From a virus: a stretch of DNA of 64,000 bases. Below the pieces are notes generated by a model. The model ran no database searches. It saw only the letters and a list, made by a program, of their open reading frames with translations, and was not told where the DNA came from. This document shows, in pieces, positions 21,879-30,551 of the stretch (position 1 is its first letter; each line of letters starts with the position of its first letter). The DNA lies in the IMG/VR virus record IMGVR_UViG_3300047172_000052, positions 13,854-77,853 of that record, one strand, 5' to 3'. Both the position numbers and the translations under genes were made by a program.

Positions 21879-22387
21879 GCCCGTCTCCTTCCATGTGCCT
21901 TCACGAACGCTTCCAGCTTGGCGCCGACCACCTTCCGCACCGCCTCGATCGGCATCTCGTGCCACGTCCGGTCGGCGATGGTGAAGTAGCGCAGGCGGTT
22001 CGCCTTGACGTGTTTGGCGACCGCAAGGATGCACCAGACGAGGGAGTCTTCCTCGCCCTCGGGACGGTGCCGGCGCTGGATCGCGGTGTTCAAGGACCGC
22101 ATGACCGGAATGGCAGCAACAAGTTCGGCGACGCCGGGCTCGTAGCCGTCGTAGTTCACCTCGTCGAAGCCGATGAGCCGGGGCGTTTCGCCGTCGTAGA
22201 CGAAAGCGCGCAGCTTGATGTGCTGCAGCGCCCGCTGCTTTGCGGTCAGGTCCCAGTCGTAGGCGAAGTGACTGCTGTTCTCGGGATCGATGATCGAAAT
22301 GCCAAGATACAGACGTGTCGTCCCACTGTCGTCCTTCTCGTAGACGGAGACTTCGAACTGCCACTTCGTCTTCGCTTTGTCCAACAT
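21875..22387 (-). CDS. Hypothetical protein
   Basis: 170 aa with SD, behind promoter unit 22423-22473. Confidence 0.75.
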   Translation of the reverse strand: MLDKAKTKWQFEVSVYEKDDSGTTRLYLGISIIDPENSSHFAYDWDLTAKQRALQHIKLRAFVYDGETPRLIGFDEVNYDGYEPGVAELVAAIPVMRSLNTAIQRRHRPEGEEDSLVWCILAVAKHVKANRLRYFTIADRTWHEMPIEAVRKVVGAKLEAFVKAHGRRRA

Positions 22388-22422
22388 CGATCTTGATCTC
22401 CCTCTTTCCTCGTGCAGGAGGG

Positions 22423-22473
22423 AAAGTAGCAGGTCAGGCTGCTGTGGTCAATCCGAAATGTGCGTCAGGCATA
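22423..22473 (-). promoter_or_regulatory. Repeated promoter unit (minus strand)
   Basis: TATGCCTGACGCACA (22473-22459); TTGACC (22451-22446); 17 bp; TACTTT. Confidence 0.7.
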
Positions 22474-22976
22474 TATGTTCTGATCGCCTTGCGCCATAGG
22501 TAGACAGGCACGACGGCGTCGAAGCCCTCGGCGAGCGTTGGCGCCTCGTAGCTCTGCTGCATCTCCTGGTCGACGTAGTAGGGGATAACCTTGCCGGGCC
22601 GATTCCCGAGGCGAAAGATTCGAACACCCTCGTCCACCTTCACCGTGACGGCGATCTTGCGGTAACACGATGGCAATCCTGCCAGCTTACGGGCGCGAGA
22701 CTTCACGGTTAGGTTCGTCTGGTCGTGGATCATGTCGACCCGCGTCATGATAGCTTGCTGCCGCCACAGCGCCATGATCTTAGTCGCTTGATCAATGCCA
22801 CTCTTGAACATCTCGTTGTATGTCGAACCGTGCTCCGCAGCCAGGGAGTCGATGACATAGTCCGTCGTCAACTGGACGATCGGGCGCGGCCACAGGTCGA
22901 CAATCGAGCGGCGCACGGTGGTCTTGCCGGAGGCTGGCAGGCCAACCAGCATGATGAATATAGGGTCAGGCTGCAT
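22434..22976 (-). CDS. P-loop polynucleotide kinase (AAA_33-like)
   Basis: MLVGLPASGKTT...DQTNL...R...EGFD; next to the RNA ligase. Confidence 0.85.
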   Translation of the reverse strand: MQPDPIFIMLVGLPASGKTTVRRSIVDLWPRPIVQLTTDYVIDSLAAEHGSTYNEMFKSGIDQATKIMALWRQQAIMTRVDMIHDQTNLTVKSRARKLAGLPSCYRKIAVTVKVDEGVRIFRLGNRPGKVIPYYVDQEMQQSYEAPTLAEGFDAVVPVYLWRKAIRTYMPDAHFGLTTAA

Positions 22977-24180
22977 CTTGCATCTCCCAGGCGTTCCAGC
23001 GTGCGGTGCGGATGATCTGCCGTGCCATCGTCTCGAACGACTTGTTGCTCGCCGATCGTAGGATGACGTATTGCTTTGCCCACTCGACGGCTTTCTCGAA
23101 TACGCGCGTCTGATCCGGCATATCCCAGACGGCGAAGCAGGCGGAGCGTAGGACGCCCTTCTTGCATCTTTCGGCAAATCGCGCCTTGGTTGTCCGATTC
23201 TGCCACTCGTCCAGCAGGATCGTCGACACCTCGTGTGCGAAGTCTTGGATGTCTCGGTTCACCTGCACCGTGAACAGTGCCAGTCGCTCCTTCGTCTCTC
23301 TGTCGATGATCGGCAGCAGGTCGTCCGTCTTTTCCTCCAGGATCATTCGGACGACGTCGCGCTCACTTCGCAGAGTCTCGAACTTGGCGTGGCTCAGCGC
23401 CCGATACCAGTCGGTCTTGACCTTCGCCATGTGACCATCCTCGAAGCGGATGACGAAGCCCTCGGTGTCTTCCATCGCCCGAACTGAGTCGACTAGATCG
23501 GCGGTGGTCCAACCGATACCAAACCAAGATCGGGTCCCGACTATTGGGATGTCAGTGTCACCGACCTGAGCCCGCATCTCCGCCCGAGAAAAGTATCGAC
23601 CGGACACGTTGTGTCTGATGGCAAGCAGAACCAGACGGTCCTCGGGATGGTCGATCACAATGCGCTGCTTCCTGGAGCACCATTCGAAGATCGGCGTGAC
23701 ACCTGCGCGGATGCACTTCCGTGCCAGCCATTGGTATTCCGGATGCTGCGATACGAAGCATTCCGCCTGCATTGCTACGTCCGTGATGCCCATCTTCGTC
23801 ATCCAGCGAATCCCGAATCCACGGTCGATCGGAACCGGACGCACCATGCTGCCATCGAGCTTGTGCAAGAGCGCATGCGGGCGTGTCAGGTCCAGGGTCT
23901 GCGTGTCCTGCCTCTCCCCCACGTTGAAGAACTTGTGGAACGGACGACTGATGACGTAGCCGGAGAAGGAATCGAAGATGATCCCCCTGCACTCCCGCAG
24001 GATCGCGAGCGTCTCGTCATCGTCGATGACCGGAGGAAACGTATCCTGACCGACCAGGACGTAGTTGAAGATCGTGATGTCGCCTGGGCGATCGACACGG
24101 ATGAACTCGGGGCGCCCTTTGATCGCCTGGATTACCTGCCAGATGTGGTCGATGGTGGGGAATTCGTAGTGCAGGGTCAT
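22966..24180 (-). CDS. T4 Rnl1-like RNA ligase
   Basis: RECRGIIF, KFFNVGE, KLDGSM (motif I), EGFV, KVKTDWY. Confidence 0.92.
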   Translation of the reverse strand: MTLHYEFPTIDHIWQVIQAIKGRPEFIRVDRPGDITIFNYVLVGQDTFPPVIDDDETLAILRECRGIIFDSFSGYVISRPFHKFFNVGERQDTQTLDLTRPHALLHKLDGSMVRPVPIDRGFGIRWMTKMGITDVAMQAECFVSQHPEYQWLARKCIRAGVTPIFEWCSRKQRIVIDHPEDRLVLLAIRHNVSGRYFSRAEMRAQVGDTDIPIVGTRSWFGIGWTTADLVDSVRAMEDTEGFVIRFEDGHMAKVKTDWYRALSHAKFETLRSERDVVRMILEEKTDDLLPIIDRETKERLALFTVQVNRDIQDFAHEVSTILLDEWQNRTTKARFAERCKKGVLRSACFAVWDMPDQTRVFEKAVEWAKQYVILRSASNKSFETMARQIIRTARWNAWEMQDAA

Positions 24181-24614
24181 CAGAAGTTCCCCGGCGCGAC
24201 CTGCGCGCAGACGATGCCGTTCTCGCGCCACATATCGACCACGCGTTGCCGGTCGTCGAACACCAGCGTAGGATCGAAACCGTCCTCGCGAATCTTCACC
24301 AGCAACTCCGCCTTGATGATGGCGTCGTCACGGAAGTCGTTGTCGGGGCGCATGTAGACGCGACGCGGCCATACGTTGTGCTTGCGCAGCCAGTCGTTCG
24401 TCATGTCCCTGGTCCACTCCGGACGACCGGTGCAGCACACGATGCGGCAACCGGCGGTGAAGAGGCGCTGGAACGTCTCGCAGATGGGTGCGATCGGCGG
24501 ATCGTGCGGGATGCCGAGGTAGAACGCCTTGTGGTTCTTCGGACGCGTGGTGATCCAGTGACGTCGATGCTCGCAGTCAGCCAGGGTGCCATCGATGTCG
24601 AAACAGACGTCCAT
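24180..24614 (-). CDS. HAD phosphatase (T4 Pnkp/PseT 3-prime-phosphatase-like)
   Basis: FDIDGTL, TGR, MRP.ND.R.D..IK, FDDR..VV.MWR..G. Confidence 0.9.
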   Translation of the reverse strand: MDVCFDIDGTLADCEHRRHWITTRPKNHKAFYLGIPHDPPIAPICETFQRLFTAGCRIVCCTGRPEWTRDMTNDWLRKHNVWPRRVYMRPDNDFRDDAIIKAELLVKIREDGFDPTLVFDDRQRVVDMWRENGIVCAQVAPGNF

Positions 24615-24618
24615 GAGG

Positions 24619-24846
24619 TTACTCCTCGTTCTCGCCCATCCTGGCGAGGTTCAGCCGCCGTTCGACGACGTCGAGAGGCTGGTCGACTGACCAGTAATCA
24701 CCCTCTCGCGCGGAGAACAAAATACGGACCTTTCGATCAATGATTGGGTGGGCCGGATATCGCTCCATAACCATAGCGACTCTGCTTGGAAATACGCGGA
24801 CTGGAGCACCATCATTGGTGAACCGCGCCATCACTTCCTTCGTCAT
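24619..24846 (-). CDS. Small hypothetical protein
   Basis: 75 aa, SD GGAGG, co-oriented between the recombinase and phosphatase. Confidence 0.65.
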   Translation of the reverse strand: MTKEVMARFTNDGAPVRVFPSRVAMVMERYPAHPIIDRKVRILFSAREGDYWSVDQPLDVVERRLNLARMGENEE

Positions 24847-24855
24847 GCTCGCCTC

Positions 24856-25470
24856 CTACAGTGACCCAACCAGCCGCCCGATGTTGGGCGAAGGCTCGAT
24901 GTAGCGTTCCGTCGTCGACAAGCTCGCGTGGCCTGCCAGCATCTGCACGTCCTTGATCGAGCAGTCGTGCTGCCCGGCGCGCCGCGCCGCCCGCGTGATG
25001 AACGTCCGGCGCCCCGAATGCGAGGAGCAGCCTTCGAAACCTATGCTGGCGTAGAGTTTCGTGAACCAGAGACGAACGGCACTCGACGTCATCCGCGTCC
25101 CAGCGCGCGGGCCGACATGACCACGCCCGAAGCCACGTCCGATGCCATAGACCACCACTTCGTCCGCAGGGCGCACTGCACGAAGCTGCAGAAGCGCCGT
25201 GTAGAGGTGAGGGTTCATCGGCACGTGGCGCTCCTTGCCGTTCTTGGCGATGTTGCCAGGAACGAACATGGTGTCGGCACGGACCTTCCCCTCGGCGTCG
25301 GTGACGTCCTTCCACTCCAGGCCGGCGATCTCGACCGCACGCAGGCCTGCCTTGTAGGAGAGAAGCACCATGACCTGATCCCGCTCCGGATGATCGCTTT
25401 CCTTGCCGATCTTGTAGAGCAACGCCGCGAACTGGGTATCGTCCAGAACCTTAGCGTGTTTGTTGGCCAC
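24856..25470 (-). CDS. Tyrosine recombinase, catalytic domain only (FimB/FimE-sized)
   Basis: GLRAVE (R), AKNG (K), HSGR (HxxR), LAGH, TERY (Y) all intact; 204 aa with no N-terminal binding domain. Confidence 0.92.
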   Translation of the reverse strand: MANKHAKVLDDTQFAALLYKIGKESDHPERDQVMVLLSYKAGLRAVEIAGLEWKDVTDAEGKVRADTMFVPGNIAKNGKERHVPMNPHLYTALLQLRAVRPADEVVVYGIGRGFGRGHVGPRAGTRMTSSAVRLWFTKLYASIGFEGCSSHSGRRTFITRAARRAGQHDCSIKDVQMLAGHASLSTTERYIEPSPNIGRLVGSL

Positions 25471-25517
25471 GAAACTTCTCTCCTCTTCGCAAGAACTAGG
25501 TCAGAGACGCAAACTTT

Positions 25518-25831
25518 TCAGGACGGCTGGTGACTCTCTATCCCAGCATTTTCACCGCCCATCGAGGCTTTCACTCCTCGATGCGTCCCTGATTCCTTAG
25601 GAGGGCTGATGGGACCTTCACCAGCATTTCCATCCCCGCCGGGGCTTCTGCTCCCCGACGCCTCCATGATCTCGATCTCACCTCACAGGGGAGGGTGTCG
25701 CGTCCATCCGCTGTCTCAATGCATGCTCAAGACAGAGCGTCCGCTGGAGTGTTTTACCTACATGCTGCTTTTCACCCGGCAGCCATCGATTACTATACCT
25801 CCAGTTAGACACCCTCACCTTTGAGGTGAGA
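25518..25831 (-). ncRNA. Predicted structured RNA: two tandem three-way junctions plus a domain closed by a 24-bp stem
   Basis: Compensatory base changes between units 25600-25665 and 25518-25592; G-U pairs work only on the minus strand. Confidence 0.72.
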
Positions 25832-25839
25832 GATAGTCG

Positions 25840-26172
25840 TTAGGCGCCCGCCGGGCGCCCAACGTCGAAGCGTGTGCCGCGCACCGTGACGGCGAACAGC
25901 GAGTCCAGGTTGATCGAGCGGATCGCCTTGTTGGCGATGTCGAACACCGGAAGCAGGTGCGGGTGGTTCTCGCGGCGCTTCTGCGCTCCGGCCTTCGCGC
26001 CCTCGGAAGCGGCGTCGCCGACGAGGTGCTTGTTGATCGCCGGAAGCTGAATCTGCATCGTGCGTTCGGTTCCGTCCTTCTTGACGAACTCGACCGCGAA
26101 GATCGTGCTGCCGGCGCTCTTGATGATACCCAGGATGTTGTCGCGGCGGGCCTCGATGTTGCAGGTCGTCAT
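25840..26172 (-). CDS. WYL_2/Sm-like SH3 beta-barrel protein
   Basis: F.VEF.KKDGTER.M...VFDI...AIRSINLD pattern; own TTGACG promoter near 26244. Confidence 0.7.
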   Translation of the reverse strand: MTTCNIEARRDNILGIIKSAGSTIFAVEFVKKDGTERTMQIQLPAINKHLVGDAASEGAKAGAQKRRENHPHLLPVFDIANKAIRSINLDSLFAVTVRGTRFDVGRPAGA

Positions 26173-26257
26173 GTAGCTCTGCCTCCTCTTTGCTGTGTCA
26201 CTCTCGATGTCCAGAAGGTAACCCATAATCACGTCTCACGTCAAGCGCAAAATGCGC

Positions 26258-26959
26258 CTACTGCATCGTTTTCTCCATAAGCGATTTGGTCAGGATGCGG
26301 TTGACCAGCGCCCAGACCGACTGCCGCCGCTCGTAGCGGCTGATGACCCCACGATGACGGAGAGGGCGAACAAGGGGGCGCTCCCCCTCGTCGATGGTGA
26401 ACAGGTAGTCCCCTGTCTCACCCTCGGCACCCGTCGCCTTCATGACCAGACGCCCGATCTCTCGGACGGACGCACCGTCCGGATCGTCCCAGGCCTCGAC
26501 CTTGACGACGATCACAAGATGCCCAGCGACGTCCGCAGCGCCACCTCGAAGGCGGTGACACCTTCTTTGAACCCCTCGTCGAATTCCTTCGACGTATTCG
26601 TGTCGGCTCCGGCCTGCTCCAGGAGGGTCTTGGTTGTCTCCTCGATCAACGCCAAGATCGCTGCCTTATCCATTGGTCATGGTCTCCTCTTGCTGCAGTT
26701 CATATTCGGTCCACTCCAGAAGCGCCGCCTTACCGTCAGCGCGCTTCTCGATGATCTTGACATCATCCTTGGACCGCATGGCAAGGACTTGCGGCACAGT
26801 AACCCATGCCCTGCGCCTGACTGGTCTCAGGGGTCTGGTGCCAAGCTCCAAGATGCCGTGGTCAGGGCAGTCCATGTGGAAGGTGTGCTTTAGCGCGCCA
26901 TCGACCCCCATGACGCCTCCGGCACGCCGCCCAGGGACGCTGCTGCAGAGGCAGGTCAC
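26258..26959 (-). other. Small hypothetical genes
   Basis: 26258-26515, about 26512-26680, 26666-26959; overlapping and co-oriented. Confidence 0.55.
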
Positions 26960-27684
26960 GTCAGCAGCCCTGCGACTGGACCGGAGCCGACACCCGTGGT
27001 GATGCTGACGCGGTCGGCGGCTGCTGCTCCCGCTGCGACGACGCCCAGGTGTTTGGTCGTCTTCCGACCGGAGTGAGAACGCAGGCTGAGCGACAAGGCC
27101 TTGAAAGCCTCCTCCACCTCGGCGTTCTTGACCAGCACGATGTCACGTCCGGTGCGACCGCTGCCGGCATCGACTGTGGCGTTGCGCGCTGCCTTCATCG
27201 CCCTCAGGCGTTCGTTCAGGCGATTGATCATACCGATCTCGAATGCCTTGCGCAGCGTCCTGCCGTGGGGGCGAATGCTCGGCGGAAGCGGCGCCACCTC
27301 CGAGTCGTAATAGCCCTTCCAGGCCGAATTCATGGCGCCATGAAAGAGGTGGATGAGGTAGGTCGCGACGGCGACGTCACTCTCTCGCCCGAGGAACTTG
27401 ATGCCAGACTGCACTCCTGAGCGTGTTCCCCAGCACTTGACGTCGCAGAAAGCGGCGATCGTCATCGCCGAATAGGCGACGGCACCTATCTGCTTGCCCT
27501 TTGCGAAGTAGGTGTCCTGGGTGATGGCCTCCTTCTCCTCCAGGTCGGCCTCCGCGAAACCATGGGCGTCCATCAACTCGGCGAGCTTCGCTGCCGCTGC
27601 AAACGCCTCGGCCTCGGTGCAGCCGTTCTCCACGGTGCGCGCCGCCAGCGCCTTGATCTTCGCGAGGATCGCCTGGTTACCCAT
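26956..27684 (-). CDS. DUF2786-domain protein
   Basis: ILAKIKAL.A....GCTEAEA..A..K..ELM..HG N-terminus. Confidence 0.85.
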   Translation of the reverse strand: MGNQAILAKIKALAARTVENGCTEAEAFAAAAKLAELMDAHGFAEADLEEKEAITQDTYFAKGKQIGAVAYSAMTIAAFCDVKCWGTRSGVQSGIKFLGRESDVAVATYLIHLFHGAMNSAWKGYYDSEVAPLPPSIRPHGRTLRKAFEIGMINRLNERLRAMKAARNATVDAGSGRTGRDIVLVKNAEVEEAFKALSLSLRSHSGRKTTKHLGVVAAGAAAADRVSITTGVGSGPVAGLLT

Positions 27685-27701
27685 GTGTGCAGTTCTCCTT
27701 C

Positions 27702-28067
27702 TTACCAGTTCACAATCTTTTTCTGGGACATGACTTCGAAATATCGCCGTCCCGCATCGGCCTTTGCCTTCAGTGGTTCCAGTTCGGCGGCAGGAGCACC
27801 AAGGCGCTTCGCCCTCAAGTAGGCTTCTACGTCCTTGGACAACTGCTTGCTTGTCGCGCCATTTCGATAGATGCCTCCTCGGATAACCCGGAGAGCCTGC
27901 CCGTGCTGCCACGCGTCATAGACGCCGGCACCATACTGAGCTTCGAGTGCTGCCTGCGCTGTCTCCTGGGTGAGTGGGCTGCAGGGGTAGATATAGAGGA
28001 CGGCTTCATCCGCCAGTTCACCCGCCTTGATCAGCCAGTTCGAGGTGTTGGCAGACTCTGTGGCCAT
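27702..28067 (-). CDS. Hypothetical protein
   Basis: First gene after the divergent promoter; SD present. Confidence 0.65.
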   Translation of the reverse strand: MATESANTSNWLIKAGELADEAVLYIYPCSPLTQETAQAALEAQYGAGVYDAWQHGQALRVIRGGIYRNGATSKQLSKDVEAYLRAKRLGAPAAELEPLKAKADAGRRYFEVMSQKKIVNW

Positions 28068-28094
28068 TCCTCAGTTCTCCTTCTCCGTGGCATT

Positions 28095-28208
28095 CATTCG
28101 ATGCCCCCCTTATACCAGCACCGTGTCAGCCAGTCCAGAAATAAATGCGCCTGTGGCGTCGTTTTCCTGTTGACGGTCCCGTCAGTATATCTTACAAGGG
28201 GTCATCGA
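28095..28208. promoter_or_regulatory. Divergent promoters sharing one palindrome
   Basis: TGCGCCTGTGGCGTC 28146-28160; TTGACG 28170 toward rIIA; on the minus strand TGGACT-17-TATAAG; CATCGA downstream on both sides. Confidence 0.65.
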
Positions 28209-28232
28209 AACGGAGCGAGGAGGCAAGACGGT

Positions 28233-30446
28233 ATGCGTGACGTGGTCGGCTTGATGGATCGGGACGTCGAGGTCAGCGGGCTGGAGGAAGTCGGGACATT
28301 CACCATCCAGGCCAATGCCAAGGCCTTCAAAATCCTGATCGATGGGCTCTACTCCGACAAGATTCGCGCCATCATCCGTGAACTGTGGGCGAACGCCTTC
28401 GACAGTCATTGCATGGCTGGCATCGCCCATCGCCCGTTCTTCTCCCGTCTGCCGACCCGGTTCGACACCACATTCTCGGTGCGGGACTTCGGTGTGAGCC
28501 TGACGCACGAGCAGGTGATGAAGCTCTACACCACCGTCTTCGCCTCCACGAAGGAGGACACCAATGCGCAGGTCGGCAAGTTCGGCCTGGGATCGAAGAC
28601 CCCGTTCGCCTACACCGACAGCTTCAGCGTCGTCGCGATCCTCGATGGTGAGAAGCGCACCTACAACGCCTACATCGACAGCAAGGGCATCCCCCGCATC
28701 GCGCTGTTCTCCCGCGAGGAGACCGACGAGGAGCAGGGCCTGGAGATTTCCTTCTCGGTGAAGGATAGCGACATCAAAGCGTTCTCGCGTGCCGCGCAGC
28801 GCGTCGCCCTCGGCTTCGACGTGATCCCCGAGACGAACGGCGTGATCACGAAGACCGAGTTGACGACCGTGTTCGAGGGCAATGGATGGCGCGTCGTGAC
28901 GCCCGACTGGAACACCGGTCTGAATGGCGCCCTGGTGCGCCAGGGCTGCGTGCTCTATCCGGTCGATCGTCAGGCGCTGACCGCCGTGAAGCATTCGGCG
29001 GCTGTCGACAGCCTCGCCGGAGAGACTGTCATCCTCGATATGCCGATCGGCAGCGTCGATATCACGCCGTCGCGTGAGAGCCTGTCCTACGATCCGATCA
29101 CCGCAGGCAATCTGATCGCCAAGTTCGAGGAGATCGCGCAGGAGTTTCTCCGGCAGGCGGAAGACAAGATCAGCAATTCCAAGACGTGGCTGGAGGCCAT
29201 CCGCAACCGCGTCGACGTGCTGGGTGCGATCAGCAGCGAGAAGATGAAGGAATTCATCTCCCAGCGGTTGGCGTGGCGCGGTCGGACGATTCCCGTCCAT
29301 ATCAACATCACTTCGAAGCAGCTTCAGCTTCTGCGCCTCAAGGGTGTCAACCTCCACGACATCAAGAGCGAGCGTAAGCGCGGCGGCGGCTATAAATACT
29401 ATGCGATGGCATGCAGCAACTTCAGCAGCGTCCCGCACAAGCTGCCGACTTTCGTCTATGCGGAGGGGGATTCGCCGCGTCATCTCGGTCCTCGTCTGGC
29501 TGCGGCGAGGCATGCGCATGGGGACGTCTACTACATCCCGAACTTCAAGCTCGGTTCGTGGGGGCACAAGGCAATCCTGGCCATGCTGGGGCGCCCCGAC
29601 GACGAAGACGTCAAGTTCGTCGACATCGAGACGTTCCCCTACGTCAAGCCCGACTACAAGAAGACATTGGCGTCCTTGACGCAGTGGGATTCGAGCCGAG
29701 ACGCTTTCGCCCCCCCGCGTGTCGAGATCGAGCCAGACCAGGAGAACGTCTTCTACGTTCACACCTTCAAGGGCGATCCGCGCCACGGCGAGCGCTATGT
29801 GAGCCTGCGCATCTTGGCGCAGGTTTGGGACGGTCTGGCGGGCGCCAAGCTGCTGCCGTCTGATGCCGTTCTGGTCGGCATCCCTGCGTCCCGTAAGGAC
29901 ATCGCGAACAACATCCCCGAGTCCTGGGCGAGCTTCTTCGACTGGGTGTCGGAAGTGATCGCCGAGAAGTTCGATGCCGAAGTTGCCTCGAAGGCGATGG
30001 CAGCGAACACGATCAAGGGCGAGAGAGACCAGGGCAACCGGAAGATCATCACCGTGCTGGACAGCCTGCGCCCACACGCATCACTGCTGACGCATGGGGA
30101 TTCGTTTGCCCGAACTGTGCTCGAAGAAACGGCGCTGTATGGGGAGACTGTTCCGGACGGTCCATTCCAGCTTTCCCTCGTGGAACTGATCCGCGCGCTG
30201 TTCATGGCGACCGAATCCGACGCGATCCTTTCCAAGATCGACGAGAAGCCGCACACCGCTGGTTTCTATAAGCTCCTGAAGGCCTTCAACAAGGCCTACC
30301 CGATCGTCAGGGTCATCGCTATGGCCAGCGGTTACTACAACACGCCGAACCTCGCCCATGACGAAGTCCTTGAAGTCTTTGACTACCTAAACTTCAAGGA
30401 CGCCCAGGCGGCGCAAGCCCGGCAGGACGACGTCGCCTGGGGCTGA
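28233..30446 (+). CDS. rIIA: RIIA-like protein (GHKL/Hsp90-like ATPase N-terminus)
   Basis: LYSDKIRAIIREL.ANAFDSH, VRDFG, STK...GKFGLGSK.PFAY; followed by rIIB. Confidence 0.9.
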   Translation: MRDVVGLMDRDVEVSGLEEVGTFTIQANAKAFKILIDGLYSDKIRAIIRELWANAFDSHCMAGIAHRPFFSRLPTRFDTTFSVRDFGVSLTHEQVMKLYTTVFASTKEDTNAQVGKFGLGSKTPFAYTDSFSVVAILDGEKRTYNAYIDSKGIPRIALFSREETDEEQGLEISFSVKDSDIKAFSRAAQRVALGFDVIPETNGVITKTELTTVFEGNGWRVVTPDWNTGLNGALVRQGCVLYPVDRQALTAVKHSAAVDSLAGETVILDMPIGSVDITPSRESLSYDPITAGNLIAKFEEIAQEFLRQAEDKISNSKTWLEAIRNRVDVLGAISSEKMKEFISQRLAWRGRTIPVHINITSKQLQLLRLKGVNLHDIKSERKRGGGYKYYAMACSNFSSVPHKLPTFVYAEGDSPRHLGPRLAAARHAHGDVYYIPNFKLGSWGHKAILAMLGRPDDEDVKFVDIETFPYVKPDYKKTLASLTQWDSSRDAFAPPRVEIEPDQENVFYVHTFKGDPRHGERYVSLRILAQVWDGLAGAKLLPSDAVLVGIPASRKDIANNIPESWASFFDWVSEVIAEKFDAEVASKAMAANTIKGERDQGNRKIITVLDSLRPHASLLTHGDSFARTVLEETALYGETVPDGPFQLSLVELIRALFMATESDAILSKIDEKPHTAGFYKLLKAFNKAYPIVRVIAMASGYYNTPNLAHDEVLEVFDYLNFKDAQAAQARQDDVAWG

Positions 30447-30453
30447 AACTTTC

Positions 30454-30505
30454 TGTGCCTGGGGCTGTTTTTGCTGTTGACGTGCGTGACGCGCGGTGAC
30501 ATAGT
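30454..30505 (+). promoter_or_regulatory. Repeated promoter unit upstream of rIIB
   Basis: TGTGCCTGGGGCTGT 30454-30468; TTGACG 30477; 17 bp; CATAGT 30500. Confidence 0.75.
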
Positions 30506-30551
30506 GCTCCCAACGAAATGTGCTTCCAGATGTGAAAAGGAGATGGTGCGA

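Noticed and set aside
25518-25665. Hammerhead ribozyme, or glycine/glnA/c-di-GMP riboswitch
   Set aside because: Their core sequences (e.g. CUGAnGA with GAAA, CUCUCAGG, GCAAA) are not present in the right context on the supported strand.
28182-30077. Long antisense ORFs (631 aa here; also 33250-34602, 44455-45576, 167-757)
   Set aside because: Shadow frames of well-identified genes in GC-rich DNA.
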